A stretch of 64,000 nt of DNA from Xylographa opegraphella (taxonomy: Eukaryota), in the NCBI GenBank assembly GCA_022813865.1, contig JALDZX010000013.1, forward strand, positions 186,001 through 250,000. The letters run 5' to 3'. Both the position numbers and the translations under genes were made by a program. Below are positions 25,859 through 37,707 of the stretch, in pieces; position 1 is the first letter of the stretch, and every line of letters begins with the position of its first letter. The notes under the pieces were generated by a model. The model was given only the letters and a program-made list of their open reading frames with translations, ran no database searches and had not been told where the DNA came from.

Positions 25859-26443
25859 ATGGCCAACAACCCCCTCTTCCCCGCCCGCAACCCGATCAGC
25901 AAGAGCGAAATCCACGATGCCATCGCCGCGGCACTGCTGGTGCAGACGGACGCCATGACGCAGCACCAGAAACGGCCCTTTGCGGCCGTCCTGCTGGGGC
26001 CGGACAACAAGACGGTGCTGCTGTCGCATTTCTCCATCTCGCACGTCGAGCACGCGGAGGCGTGTCTGGCCCGGCTCGCGGCCGTGCATTACTCGCAGGC
26101 GTACCTGTGGAGGTGCACGCTGGTCAGCACGTGGGAGCCGTGCGCGATGTGTACAGGGACGATCTACTGGGCGAATATCGGCGGGGTGGTGTACGCGGCG
26201 AGTGAGGAGACGTTGAAGGTGGTTACCGGAGTGGGGAATGGGGAAAACTTTACGATGGCGATGGGGTGTAGGGAGGTTTTGGCGAGGGGGCAGAAGGCGG
26301 TTTTTGTGGAGGGGCCGGTGGCGGAGATGGAGGGGATGGTGGTGGTGGAGAGTGATAAGTATTGGAGGCCGATCAGAAAACGATTGGAGAGGGAGCGGCG
26401 AGGGGAATATTCGGGGCCCGAGGGTGGGATTGCAAAGAATTGA
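25859..26443 (+). CDS. Zinc-dependent nucleobase/nucleoside deaminase (cytidine/dCMP deaminase superfamily)
   Basis: HAE...TWEPCAMC zinc motif followed by TIYWANIGGVVY; intronless; ATG at 25859. Confidence 0.9.
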   Translation: MANNPLFPARNPISKSEIHDAIAAALLVQTDAMTQHQKRPFAAVLLGPDNKTVLLSHFSISHVEHAEACLARLAAVHYSQAYLWRCTLVSTWEPCAMCTGTIYWANIGGVVYAASEETLKVVTGVGNGENFTMAMGCREVLARGQKAVFVEGPVAEMEGMVVVESDKYWRPIRKRLERERRGEYSGPEGGIAKN

Positions 26444-26489
26444 GGAAGTCAGGCGCAGCATTCCGATGTGTGGCAGCCTTGAATAGCGC

Positions 26490-27254
26490 TCACGGATCTG
26501 GTTGTATGACTTTGTCATCATCAATCAAGGCCCTGAGCTCCTGCAGCGGTGGAATGCTCGTCACCCTCTCGCTCGCCAACTTCTCCCAGAGAATTCCGCA
26601 GGTCGGTTTGTTGGCGTTGGAAACCTCGATGAGCTTCGTCGGCGTGATCACAACATCGCACACGGTATCGAACAGCTCCGGGACGAGTGGTTCCGTCAGA
26701 ACCTGGCAGTCATGCACGATTGCCGCGGATGGAGTGATCGACGAGATTGCGCCTATGCTATACAGCATCGCCCACTCGAGGTCGAAGAATCCGTGCCCTT
26801 TCCCAAACCGAATCCCGTCAAGGTTGATCGCGCCAGTGCCGGTGACCATGAGATCTATCTTCAACCGACGATTCATCATGTCCGACAAGCTTATCGGTTG
26901 TCCTATCCGCTCCATCCCATCCAACGTGGAAGCATACCAATACTTCGAAGGATCAATCCGGCTTGGGTCGAGCAGCCAGAAGCCTCTGCGAATAGCATAT
27001 GTGGTCATCAGAACAAGTTTCCCATTCGCCAAGGCCTCATAACGCAATTGCTCCAGACAGTTGTCAGGGGTAATGAACACGTATTGGGCGGATTGATAGC
27101 TAGGCATCCGTGTGAGACGCTGTGTGGCCTCCGACGAGCCTTGGAAATCCGTGATGAACTTGGTGAAGTCGAAGTCGAAGCGCGAATCCGCATATGCAAA
27201 CCCCTTGAGCTCGGACCATACTCGTTGTCGGATCGAGGATTTATGACTGTCCAT
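26490..27254 (-). CDS. 5-formyltetrahydrofolate cyclo-ligase paralogue (COG0212/MTHFSD-type)
   Basis: Intronless 254 aa. RQRVW N-terminus, FITPDN, IDLMVTGTGAINLDGIRFGKGHGFFDLEW, VHDCQV and DVVITPT, resembling the COG0212 subfamily rather than canonical Fau1/MTHFS. Confidence 0.82.
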   Translation of the reverse strand: MDSHKSSIRQRVWSELKGFAYADSRFDFDFTKFITDFQGSSEATQRLTRMPSYQSAQYVFITPDNCLEQLRYEALANGKLVLMTTYAIRRGFWLLDPSRIDPSKYWYASTLDGMERIGQPISLSDMMNRRLKIDLMVTGTGAINLDGIRFGKGHGFFDLEWAMLYSIGAISSITPSAAIVHDCQVLTEPLVPELFDTVCDVVITPTKLIEVSNANKPTCGILWEKLASERVTSIPPLQELRALIDDDKVIQPDP

Positions 27255-27596
27255 TTTCGTTATTCAACAAGACAATGTTATTTGAAGATGCGCATAAGAT
27301 GATTGATCGAGGCATTCATGTATCCAGCCTCTTCTCTATCTTGCAAATCCAGAAGAGGAAATGTTGATACCCGAGTAAATAGAGTTTTCGAGATCGCCTC
27401 CGCTTATCGCCAACCTAAGCCTCTTTTAGGCAATGCTTACACATCATCTGCATCGTTCGTCATCTTGCTTTTGGTGCGGCGCCGTACAGCTACAGGGACT
27501 GTACCACGTTATGACTTCGATTAGCTGTCCGACCGGGCTGTGACACTGTCTTAAGAGCTTTACACCACCTGTCCCTAACTTGTCACCATACACATC

Positions 27597-29451
27597 ATGG
27601 CAACAGCAGTTCTGGATAGTACCTCAAACGAGAAGGCCAGATATAATGGCTCGGACGATGAGAAGAGAAGGCCGTCGTGGGTTCCTTTGTCGGGAGATGG
27701 GGCACTTGAGGTTCTGCAGCAGGTCAAACTCCAGGATGAGCACCACCCGGTCCACTGGCCGGTCTGGAAGAAGTGGTACATCATCTCCGTCTACTGTCTT
27801 CTTCAGGTCTTCGTCACTCTCACCTCGACCTCGTATGTGGCAATCGAGTTTTTGATCCAGGAGCAGTTCGGCGGAAGCACACAAGTCGTCACTCTGGGCC
27901 AGTCGCTGTTCATCGTCGGCAATGCCATAGGTCCGGCCTTCCTGGGTCCCTTATCGTAAGTGCCGGATTATACCGTCATTAAGTATTTGCTCACTTCGAG
28001 AAGAGACCTCGGAGGGCGCAAGTGGATTTACGTCGGCTCAATCTTGATTTACGCCATTTTGAATATCGTGAGTCGGTCGTCTTGTTAGGCGCAATCAGTA
28101 AAGCTAATCAAATGCAAGGGGACTGCCAAAGCTCTGAACTTGCCCATGCTCATCATCTTCCAATTCCTTGCTGGCGCGGCAGGCAGTACCGCTTTATCGA
28201 ACGTGGCAGGGACCATCGCCGATCTGTTTGGAGACGCGGACAATGCTGGTCAGGCAATGGCTCTCTTCGTTCTGGCCGCGAACGTTGGGCCCAGTCTCGG
28301 AGGCCCTGTGGGGGAATGGGTTGCGGAAAACGTGAACATGGGATTACCGTGGCTGTTCTGGATGAAGTGAGAGCTAACCTTCGCTAGTCGAGATTCTCAG
28401 GAGACTGACATATTGTAGTGTCATCATAGGCGCAGCATTTGCCCTCTGGATGTGCTTCGTCCCGGAAACTTTACCGAGAGTGGTCATTGCAAGAGCCGCC
28501 CGTAAACAACCAAATCCCAGTTCTGATGAGCTTACTGTGGTTGAAGCCAAATTCAACGTGGCGGGAGAGCTTCGCTTTGTCTTCACCATGGCCCTAAAGA
28601 TCATGGTCACCGAACCGATCGTCACTTTTCTTGCGGTATACAATGGTTTTGCCTACGGACTGCTCTTCCTCTACCTGGACGGAGTGTTTGACGTGTTTGT
28701 CATCAACAACGGGTTATCGTATGTTTATAAGTCTAGCGCTAACTCTGTAAGATGCTGTACTGATTCGTCTTCAGCTATATCGGCGCAGAGCTTACCTATC
28801 TCAACTTTGTGGTTGGCGTGTGCGTCATGTTTTGCTTTATTCCAGTTCAGACATACCTGTACAAGCGCGATCGCTTGAGAAGAGGTGGTCTTGGCAGGCC
28901 GGAAGCTCGATTTCTGGTCTCGCTCGTCACCGTCTGGGGTTTCCCACTCAGCCTGTTCTGGTTTGCGTTCACAAGCGACGGAAATACATCCTTCTGGAGT
29001 CCGGTGGTGGCCGGAGGTCTTCTCGGGTTTGTAGATCCATTGCTATATCTTAGCATGTTGAACTACATCACAGGTACTTGTCCCCTATTTTGACAATAAT
29101 CGTGAGGGGGCATACTGATCAAAGTTCGCCATTCAGATGCCTATCCCAACGTCGCAGCCTCCGCTATCGCCGCGTTCCTCATCCCGTCTTTCATCATCGC
29201 TGCGGCCTTTGCTCATATCGGTAGGACCTCCCCTATTCTCTCCTCCTCCTCCTCCTCCTTCTCGTGTAGATCCTGTACCGCAATGCTGACGCACGTGTGC
29301 CGCAGGTATCGTCATGTTCAACAACATGAGCACGACGTGGGCCATGGCAACGCTGGCTTTCGTGTCCCTGGGGCTTGTGGCTCTCATCTACGTGCTGTTC
29401 TTCTTCGGTCCCGTCCTCCGGAGGTGGTCTAAGCTGGCTCGGACATTTTGA
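27597..29451 (+). CDS. MFS transporter, DHA1 family, Bsu1 (vitamin B6/thiamin-pyrimidine transporter)-like
   Basis: HPVHWPVWKKW, GPAFLGPLSDLGGRKW, NVAGTIADLF, PETLP, RPEARF, YITDAYP motifs across about 7 exons. Bsu1-likeness is from recalled sequence resemblance. Confidence 0.85.
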
Positions 29452-29528
29452 GTGTGGAGGTAGGTCTTGAGTTACATATAGCGTTTGGGGGGGTTGGTGC
29501 GCTTTTCGAAGTCTTCGATTATGGTCGA

Positions 29529-29555
29529 TTTAGAATTTAGAATTTAGAACTTAGA
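29529..29555 (+). repeat. Short tandem repeat (TTTAGAA)x3-4 in the convergent 3' region of the MFS gene and GUA1
   Basis: tttagaatttagaatttagaacttaga. Confidence 0.6.
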
Positions 29556-29896
29556 GTCTGTTATACGGATGTTGGGAGGGTTAGAGATCACCATCTTAAT
29601 CTTGTAATCAGTGACAAGTATTCCTTTGAATGCGAAGAAAGTCTCTGGCTCCTCATATCTATGGTGATTTTTATGCTGCGATGGTCTTAATCCGTCGGAA
29701 ACACTCTACCGGCCATCAGCCCTCTCTCATCCCAAGATCCTTAAACTTCTACGAAAGCGGTCGCTCGGCTTCGGAGCAAGGCCCAGGGTATCGATCACTC
29801 CACCCTTTCTCTATATGCGGCCTCCAACCCCCAAACGCCAAAAGCCATGCATACACACACAATACCCTCACCCCCACCTCCCCACCCCTCCCAAGC

Positions 29897-31595
29897 TCAC
29901 TCGAACTCGATCGTCCCCGGCGGTTTACTCGTCGCTACCACCAACGCATTAGCCCAACGCCTCACTCAAATGCCCGCACACGGGAAGGAAAAACTCACTA
30001 TCGTACGACACGCGACACACGCCCGGCACCTCATTGACGATGCGGGCGCTAACGCGCTCGAGGAAGTCCCAATCGAAGCGAAAAGCGGTGGCGGTCATGA
30101 AGTCGGAAGTGCAGACGGCGCGCAGGGTGACCATCTGCTCGTAGACGCGCTTGTCGCCCATGACGCCGACGACCTGCACGCCCGGGACGGCGACGAGGGC
30201 CTGGCTGATGGCGCGGTACAGGCCCGCGGCGCGGATCTCGGCCACGAAGATGGCGTCGGCGTGGCGGGCGATGCGCAGCTTCGCGGGCGTGATCTCGCGC
30301 AGCACGCGGATGCCGAGCCCCGGCCCCGGGAACGGGTGCCGCCACACGAGCGCCTCAGAGATGCCGAGCTGGGTGCCGAGGGCGCGCACCTCGTCTTTGA
30401 AGAGCTCGCGCAGGGGCTCGATCAGTTTGAGGTGCATGCTGGCCGGGAGGCCGCCGACGTTGTGGTGCGTTTTGATGGTGGCTGAGGGGCCTTTGAAGGA
30501 GATGCTTTCGATGACGTCCGGGTAGAGGGTGCCTTGCAGGAGGTACTCGATGGGGCCGGCAGATGGAGAGTGGGCCGCCTCGGCGGCGATGGCGCGGGCC
30601 GTCTCTTGGAAGACGTCGATGAAGAGGCCGCCGATGACTTTGCGCTTGCGCTCGGGGTCCACGACGCCCTCGAGGGCGGCGAGGAAGCGCGCCGACGCGT
30701 CGATGACGTGCAGGTTGATGCCGAGGTGGGCGGTGAGGGTCTCGTGCACGCTCTCGGCTTCGCGCTCGCGCAGCAGGCCGTTGTCGACGAGCACGGCGTG
30801 GAAGCGTGGGCCGATGGCCGCGTGCATCAGTTTCGCGGCCACGGTGGAGTCGACGCCGCCGGAGACGGCGCCAATCACTTGCCCCGTGGGGCCGACGAGC
30901 GTGCGGATGCGCGTGATTTCTTGGTCGCAGAAGGAGGTCATGGTCCAGTTCTGGCGGGCGGAGCAGATGCTCGTGGCGAAGTTGCGGAGGACGGTGGTGC
31001 CGCATGCGGTGTGCGTGACTTCAGGGTGGAATTGGATGCCGTAGAGGGGGAGGGAGTCGTGGGCGATGCCGGCGAAAGGGGCGTTCGGGGTGGTGGCGAT
31101 GGTGTGGAAGGAGGAAGGCAGGTGCGAGAGCTTGTCGCCGTGGGACATCCACACCGTGTGGAGTGTGGTGACAGGGCCCATGTCTGCGAAGAGAGGGGAG
31201 ATGAGGCCGGTAGGGGAGGCGGTGAGGGAGAGTTTGGCGTCTCCGTACTCGCGCTTCTCGCCCGCAAGGACGTTCTTGCCAAAGTGCCAGGCCATCTCTT
31301 GCAGCCCGTAGCAGATGCCGAGGACGGGGATGGCGAGCTCGAAGATGGCCGGGTCGACGTGCGGGGCGCCGGGCTCGTACACGGAGTACGGCCCGCCGGA
31401 GAGGATGATGCCTTTGGGTGACCAGGACAGGTCGGAGATCTTCTGGGAGCACGGGAGCATCTCGGAGTAGATGTTCAAGTCGCGCAGCCTGCGGGTGATG
31501 AGATGCGAGTATTGCGAGCCAAAGTCCAGTACCAGGATCGTGTCAAAGGTCTTGTGCGGTTCGGTTTCCTCGAGTATGGCGCCATTGGTGGCCAT
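29897..31595 (-). CDS. GUA1: GMP synthase (glutamine-hydrolysing)
   Basis: LDFGSQY, GICYG (GATase Cys), QFHPEV, SGGVDS PP-loop, [20 protein letters not shown]. Intron 29935-29998, last exon [11 protein letters not shown]. Confidence 0.97.
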
Positions 31596-32850
31596 ATTTT
31601 CGAGGCGGGGACTCTTGCGAGTCTTTGTATTGTTCTTGTATGGTATCTCCTGGCACACTGTCTATCGTGCGTAGAATAATGCTGGAAGCACACGTATGGA
31701 GCCGTAGGAAAGTTTCACCACTTGTTCAAATTGCTCTCTGTAAGTCGCTTAACTTTTCTTTAGCGGAGGTTTTAAGGGCTATATCAGCGGCTAGTCCTGG
31801 AGAGGCTTAGTGTATTAGTCTCGCTTAGGTCCTTTTGTTGTCGTTCCTTCGTTGTTGGCGATTCTCAAGGATACGTATTCTATCCAATCATGATCTACCT
31901 ACATGTACATTCCAGGCACCTACGTTTCATTGAACGCTACGAAGACCTTTGGCACGTTGACGAAGTACCCTTTCAATTATGCTTTGTATTAGAAAAGCCC
32001 AGGGAGCGAGTCTTGAAGGCGTCCAATAAGCTTTCCGAGTCTGGTAAACCTTTCAACGTATCATCACCTTGTGCCTACCAAATCAGACTGTTTAGGTTTC
32101 ATAAGAAGACCCGACCTCACTATCTCTTAGCCGGAGCCGCATGGTCTGAGCTGGCTGTATTTCACAGGAAGACATTGCTCCCGAATGCTTCGCCAGTTTT
32201 CTCGAAAATCAAGTGTTTTGTCTACTCCTGCGAATACATAACGGTGAGTGAGGCGATCGTTTGAGAAAGCAATATCGTTACTGCTTGCCACATTATTTCG
32301 AGAGGAATAATTGCACGGTTAAATCTGGAGGAACCATCTGCAGAATTAAGCGCCGGCGAGTACCTACCTTAGAGCCAAGGTTTTAGCCGCGGTTCGTTCG
32401 CAGAATATTGATGCCAAATCTCCTGTATAAATGATAAATGTCGATCAACAAGATCTATGGATACCGATGATCGAGCACTCATACACTAGAAGTCATTATC
32501 CACTCATCACTCTCCAACGATGGCTCAACCCAATCGCTCATAGATGCACTCAAGCACCAAGCTCGCAGCACATGCAGATCCATCGCCGATGATATCATAG
32601 ATAACCCTCCCGATAAGCGAACCTTGGCAACGGGCCCTCCCCGCCTCCGTCATCCATCCCGAACCACGGTTGTATTGCCCTGATGCTAGAGAGTACTGGG
32701 TAGCTTAAAGTCCAACTCAGCTCCCAAAACCTCCAAACGTCGCCCATCAAACCCCCAATCCTCAACCACTACCCATACCACATCCCCAAGCCCCCCATCA
32801 CCCAACCCCACTCTCCCAGACCTTTCTCACCTCAAACCACAACACCCACA

Positions 32851-33346
32851 ATGGAAGGCGCACTAGTCGACGGCGCCGCCAACCAAGGTACCTTCTCCCC
32901 CCCTCACAACCTGGCATACCCTTCCCCCTCACACCAGCAACTGACTCCCCCACGCGCAGAGATCAACAAACTCGCCGGCGATGTCGGCATCCCCTCGGGC
33001 GCGGACGGCATGATCGACAAAGAAGCCGACCAGTTCATCGGCGGCAACGCCAGCACGGGCGGTTCTACTGGCATGGCGCAGACGGGAGGTATGTCCCTTT
33101 CCTCTTGGAACCATCTATGTTACCCTGTACTGATGTGTGGGTTGTAGAGGACGGGATGGTGAATCAGGGCGTCAACGACGTTGCTGGGGATATGGGTGTC
33201 CCGGGGGCTGCGGACGGGGTGATTGATAAGGGTGAGTTTGCGTGATGCGATGGTTTTTGTTCTGGTACGGTGAGGGAGGCTGCAGTGGGCTAATTCTGGG
33301 TTTGTGTGTTGTAGAGGTGGATCAGGAGGCGAACAAGTTGCTGTGA
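32851..33346 (+). CDS. Small acidic Gly-rich protein with an internal duplication, unknown function
   Basis: Four exons give MEGALVDGAANQEINKLAGDVGIPSGADGMIDKEADQF...EDGMVNQGVNDVAGDMGVPGAADGVIDKEVDQEANKLL*. Introns have canonical GT-AG ends and branch points. Confidence 0.75.
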
Positions 33347-33973
33347 GGGTGCAAGGCTTGGAGGGATTGATAGGTATGGATAGTTCGCAGAGCTTGTGCG
33401 TTGTATGTGCCTTGCGGTAAAGGAATATGCTTATTGGCGTTTACAGATCTTATTCCTAAGTCTTCGTCGACGGGGAGTAGTGAGCTTCATGATAGATCTT
33501 GACTAGAACCAAAGCATTCTACAATCCCACTCGATCGTCTTCGTGATATGTCCTGTGCTATATGCAGTTCCTGATTCCTCGAATGCGTGGTCAAAACACA
33601 TTCCTTATTTGTCAAGAAACGCTGTCAAAAAAAGACCCAGGACAGACAGCAAAATCACAGTGTGCCAGGGGCTTGAAGTAACGACAACAAGGATAAGATT
33701 GACAAACCGGGCTTCTGCAATAGAAACTGACGCCTCTCCCAGCTGCAGGGAACATCTCATCTAGCGTATTGCTCTGCCTACAATCGCAATATGCATATGG
33801 GCCCCAAAAGCGCCTGCGCTATGCTGTCGCAACCAACAATCAGCTCACCGGTTCAATTTCAAACCATTCGTTCCCAGCTCACACCGGCCCGCTGGTACGC
33901 ATGCCCCCATTCCCAATTAGGGCCCGAATGGGACAGACGTGAGGGATGACATTCTCGACTGTAAAGCCGGCTC

Positions 33974-35775
33974 TCACACCCGGAAAACCGCTGTTTTGCT
34001 CGTGATGCCATCGAACACGCAGGTGTTGTCTATAGGCACGTATTGCTTCGTCAGGACCTTGATGACCTCCTGCGCCACCATGCCCCCCGTCAGCGCAGAG
34101 ATGTTGTGCAGCTCCGCCAGCCCACCCCTCGCTAGCTCCATGATGACATTGTTGAGCCGCTCTTGCGTAGCCTCGGTGTCGACTTCGACCTCGCTACTCT
34201 TTTTGAGCCCCTCGACGATCTTGTCGGTGTATTGAGTCATGCTCCACTTCAGCTTCCGCTGCTCGGAATTCTCTGCATCGCTGCCTAGCTCGCTGCTGGA
34301 ACGAGCCGCTGGGTTGCGCTCGTAGTAATCATCGAACGCGAGGAGCGCCAGGTAGATTGTGACGAGCGATTCCTCGTTCTCAAGCTCGCGCAGAATGTAA
34401 GTGGCGCGGTCCGACCAGTTCATGGAGTCGGGATCTTCTGGGATACGCAGCCGACTGCCTTTGATCAGCTTCACAAAGCTAGCGCCTTTGCAAAAGGCTT
34501 CGATCTCCTTCTCGTCGATTGCTGCTGACCTGCTGAGTTGCTTCTCGAGTTCTCGGACACGCCGTGTGACATCGGCAAGATCTTGGCGAGCTTTGGACTT
34601 GTAGATGTTTTGTAGTTGGATGTAATCTGCAGACTGCGCCTTCATATCTGGCAAAGCCCCCGGTAAAGGTAGGACGTTATGTGCCTTGTGAAATGCTTGC
34701 AGTGCATTGGCGATGACCCAGAAGTTTGGCGACTGGAGCAGTTCTAGTTAGCTCGAAAATGAAGACATGCATTACCTTAGCATACCTGCGGTGTAGGATT
34801 TTGGCAATGGTCGGCCTCAAAGACTTCTCTCAATCCACTGGATATTGACGGCGGATTCAAACTTTTCAGTACGGCACCAACAGCCTCGTCAAAATTCTCC
34901 TCACCACCTTCAGGGTTATTTTTCCGCGCCCCATTTCCGACCATTGACCGGAATGCAGATTTCTCTTTATAGTTCTCTGGAAATCTGCCATCATTCCGGG
35001 CCTTCCACTCATCAAGAAAATAGAAAAGCACAAGGAGATATGGAATGTGCCCATGTTCATGGTCACTCATTTCCATGATGTTGTGTGTTTTCGTATGCAT
35101 GAAGTTAAGGAGTTCAGGCCAAGGATTCAAGAGGCGAAGGTCTTGCGTGGATACAGGATCGGGGTGCGTATCAACTATCGGAAATTCAAGCGGCAGCTGT
35201 AACGAAAACTGGGAGTAGAACCCATTTGAATGTATGTACAGTAAGGGTATCGAAGCATCCCAGGCATAAGAAGCTACTGTCTTGAGGACAGTTGACAGAC
35301 TGGTAGGTGCAGTGATCAGAATCAAGGTGTATTTTCTCAGGTTGTCTCTCGATGACACGAAATGTCCAATGTTCTAAATTCAATGAGCTCATTGCCTGGG
35401 GCTTCCACAACGCTGAACTCGTCTTACCTGATTTATACCATTGCCCCTAACCTCCGGATTCAGCTCCTGTAAATAACTACAACATTCTTCCGCTCGAGAA
35501 CGTCCCAAGCTCTCTTCCGCAAGAAAGAAGTTTACCCCCAGATCCTTCTCTTCGACCAGCCGGTCATCCACAATCGTAAAGTTCCCCACCCCAGGAAGCA
35601 CTAAATTCTTCAGTGTCTCAACACCAACCGTACCTGCTCCATCATTCAACAGAAGAACATGAGCATCCTCAAGCGCCATTTGCCCACTTGCTGCCCACAA
35701 ACGGAGTTGCCTGTCATACTTTTTCTCCTTCGCTGTTGGTCCTTGAAGGGGTGGGGGCGTCACGCTGGTTGCCAT
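33974..35775 (-). CDS. ULA1: NEDD8-activating enzyme E1 regulatory subunit
   Basis: KEKKYDRQLRLW, ETLKNLVLPGVGNFT, HGHIPY, EENFDEA, ELHNISALTGGMVAQEVIK..TKQYVP; two introns. Confidence 0.95.
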
Positions 35776-36867
35776 AATGGCGGCGGCTAGGCACTGAGAC
35801 GATAGTGGCTAACGTATCATGACTTTGCAGCAGCTTTGTAACAAAATCTCTATCCGTGATTCTGGCGGTAGTGGTAGGAATAACAACGGTCTGAATTCTG
35901 GTCTTCGAGCTTCTCCATTTCCATGAGCCTGACGCATTGCGGAAGCGCTAAGACTATCTTAGGCTAGTCCCAAGATGAAGACTAACACTAATAAGCGCGC
36001 TTTCCGCACGCAGCACAATTTGTTAATGGGCCTAATGAGAAATTCACATGAAGAAGTTATCCTACCCTACTGCTCTTCCATGTCGTTTGTGGGCTTTAAA
36101 GGCAAGATGCGTGTACTGCAACTGGTAGATATTGGTCTACGTTCTTGATCATAAATCTATTGCTTCCTATCGCGCAGTATCAATGATGATTTTTCCCCAA
36201 AAGATATATCTTACAGATGCAGGACGTATTGCAAAAATCCGATGAACTTCGTCTCTTGCAGCCGGGATCCTGCCATCCAGAAGGATTGAGATAGTCAAAG
36301 TTGAGTGCAAGCTCGATATGGCACAACCGCGCGCCGGTTGGAAGTAAGTTGTGCAGTATACGGAAGGCAGGTAACTTGGCTTTTGCTGCAGTTGAGGACA
36401 TATCCACAAAAGCATCAATAGAATTTGGTATTATTGAACACGGCCTTTGATCTCCTTAGTCCTCAGACTTGAGTTGAGTGAAGAAGGTACTCAGCATACA
36501 ACAAGTGTGAAATGGTTTCAACTTTTACCATACCTGCGGTATATTGAACCGTAGAAGCACGATTGGCTCAATGGCTCGGTTGGTCCAAATGATGTGTTCG
36601 ACTATTTATGTTTTCAACAGCCAAGTGTCTCGCCGAGCATTATCTTCTTTACAACTTGCCTGGTCTCCGTAACAAACACGAACGTTGACCTACCACAAGT
36701 CCGGAAACAAAAGCTAGTCGATGACACCCTGGCACGACTCTACGGGGGCTATAAGAGAACTACATGAATGCTGACATCGAAGGCCTCCATCACTGAATGT
36801 CAAAGTGATTAAGACATCGATCCGTCAATATCACAGCTCGCTCATAGGTACTGCTCGTCCAAGCAGC

Positions 36868-37707
36868 TCAAATATGTTTTACTCCAATAGCAACATGAAG
36901 GCGAACCTCTTCTCGAACAACGCCCGACGGAGCTGCAGCGTTGCCAAACGCCTTCAAAAATAATTGCTTGCACTTTTCCTTGACGTCAGGGACACTAGAA
37001 CCGATCAAGCCCGATTTATCATAATACCTTTCAAAAACCTTCGGCCCGTCGTCTACACTATACGACCCTTGCTCGTAAGCGTCTGTCTGAAACACTCTTG
37101 TCGTCAGCCCAGAACTCTCACAAGCCTCTTGCAAAGGACGTTGTGAAACAATCCACGCAGGATCATATATTGGAGCCGCCTTAGGATCCACATCTCTCGC
37201 GACCTCGTCCAACAAGAAAGACGCCACCATCGCAATCTGACACGGCGTATCGACCAGAAGCCTCCCTCCAACCGCTAGTAGCGACGCCCAATGTTTGATC
37301 GCCTCTGTCGGGTTCTTCAACAGCACAAGCGCAGAGCAGCACGTGATGACGTCAAATCCGCGCGTTTCCTCAGCGACGAGAGCCAGCGAGCCCAGGTCGG
37401 CGATGTCGTGGTTGACGAACTCGACGGCCAGTCCCTCTTTAGCCGCTTTCCGCCGCCCGACGTCCATCATGCCGTCGCTTATGTCGACCGCCACTACTCG
37501 ACCGCCAGGGCCTACTTTTCGCGCCGCGGGTACGGCTACTAGGCCGGTGCCAGCAGCGAGATCGAGGACGGAGTCTCCAGTGCGGAGGTTGGCCCATTCG
37601 ACGAAGTCAGCCGCGATGTGGGCATGGAAGGCGTTATCGTATTGCTCGCTACGGGCGTCGTAGATCTGGGCGACGGAAGCTTGGTGCGTGTGCTGCATCT
37701 TGACCAT
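36868..37707 (-). CDS. Class I SAM-dependent methyltransferase (UbiE/Methyltransf_25-like)
   Basis: Motif I VLDLAAGTG, VAVDISDGMM, FDVITC; intronless. Start may be 37707 or 37698. Confidence 0.85.
   Translation of the reverse strand: MVKMQHTHQASVAQIYDARSEQYDNAFHAHIAADFVEWANLRTGDSVLDLAAGTGLVAVPAARKVGPGGRVVAVDISDGMMDVGRRKAAKEGLAVEFVNHDIADLGSLALVAEETRGFDVITCCSALVLLKNPTEAIKHWASLLAVGGRLLVDTPCQIAMVASFLLDEVARDVDPKAAPIYDPAWIVSQRPLQEACESSGLTTRVFQTDAYEQGSYSVDDGPKVFERYYDKSGLIGSSVPDVKEKCKQLFLKAFGNAAAPSGVVREEVRLHVAIGVKHI

Noticed and set aside
27255..27596. TPP riboswitch in the shared COG0212/MFS promoter or in MFS introns
   Set aside because: Looked for because of the thiamin hypothesis, but no CTGAGA or TGAT..GG.TAAT.CCAGCG aptamer core was seen.
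29847..31452. Numerous long overlapping/antisense ORFs over GUA1 (also over TYW1 54625-55806, ABC 45889-46617, RKI1, COG0212)
   Set aside because: Shadow ORFs caused by very high GC3 and stop-codon scarcity; Arg/Pro/Ala-rich with no motifs.
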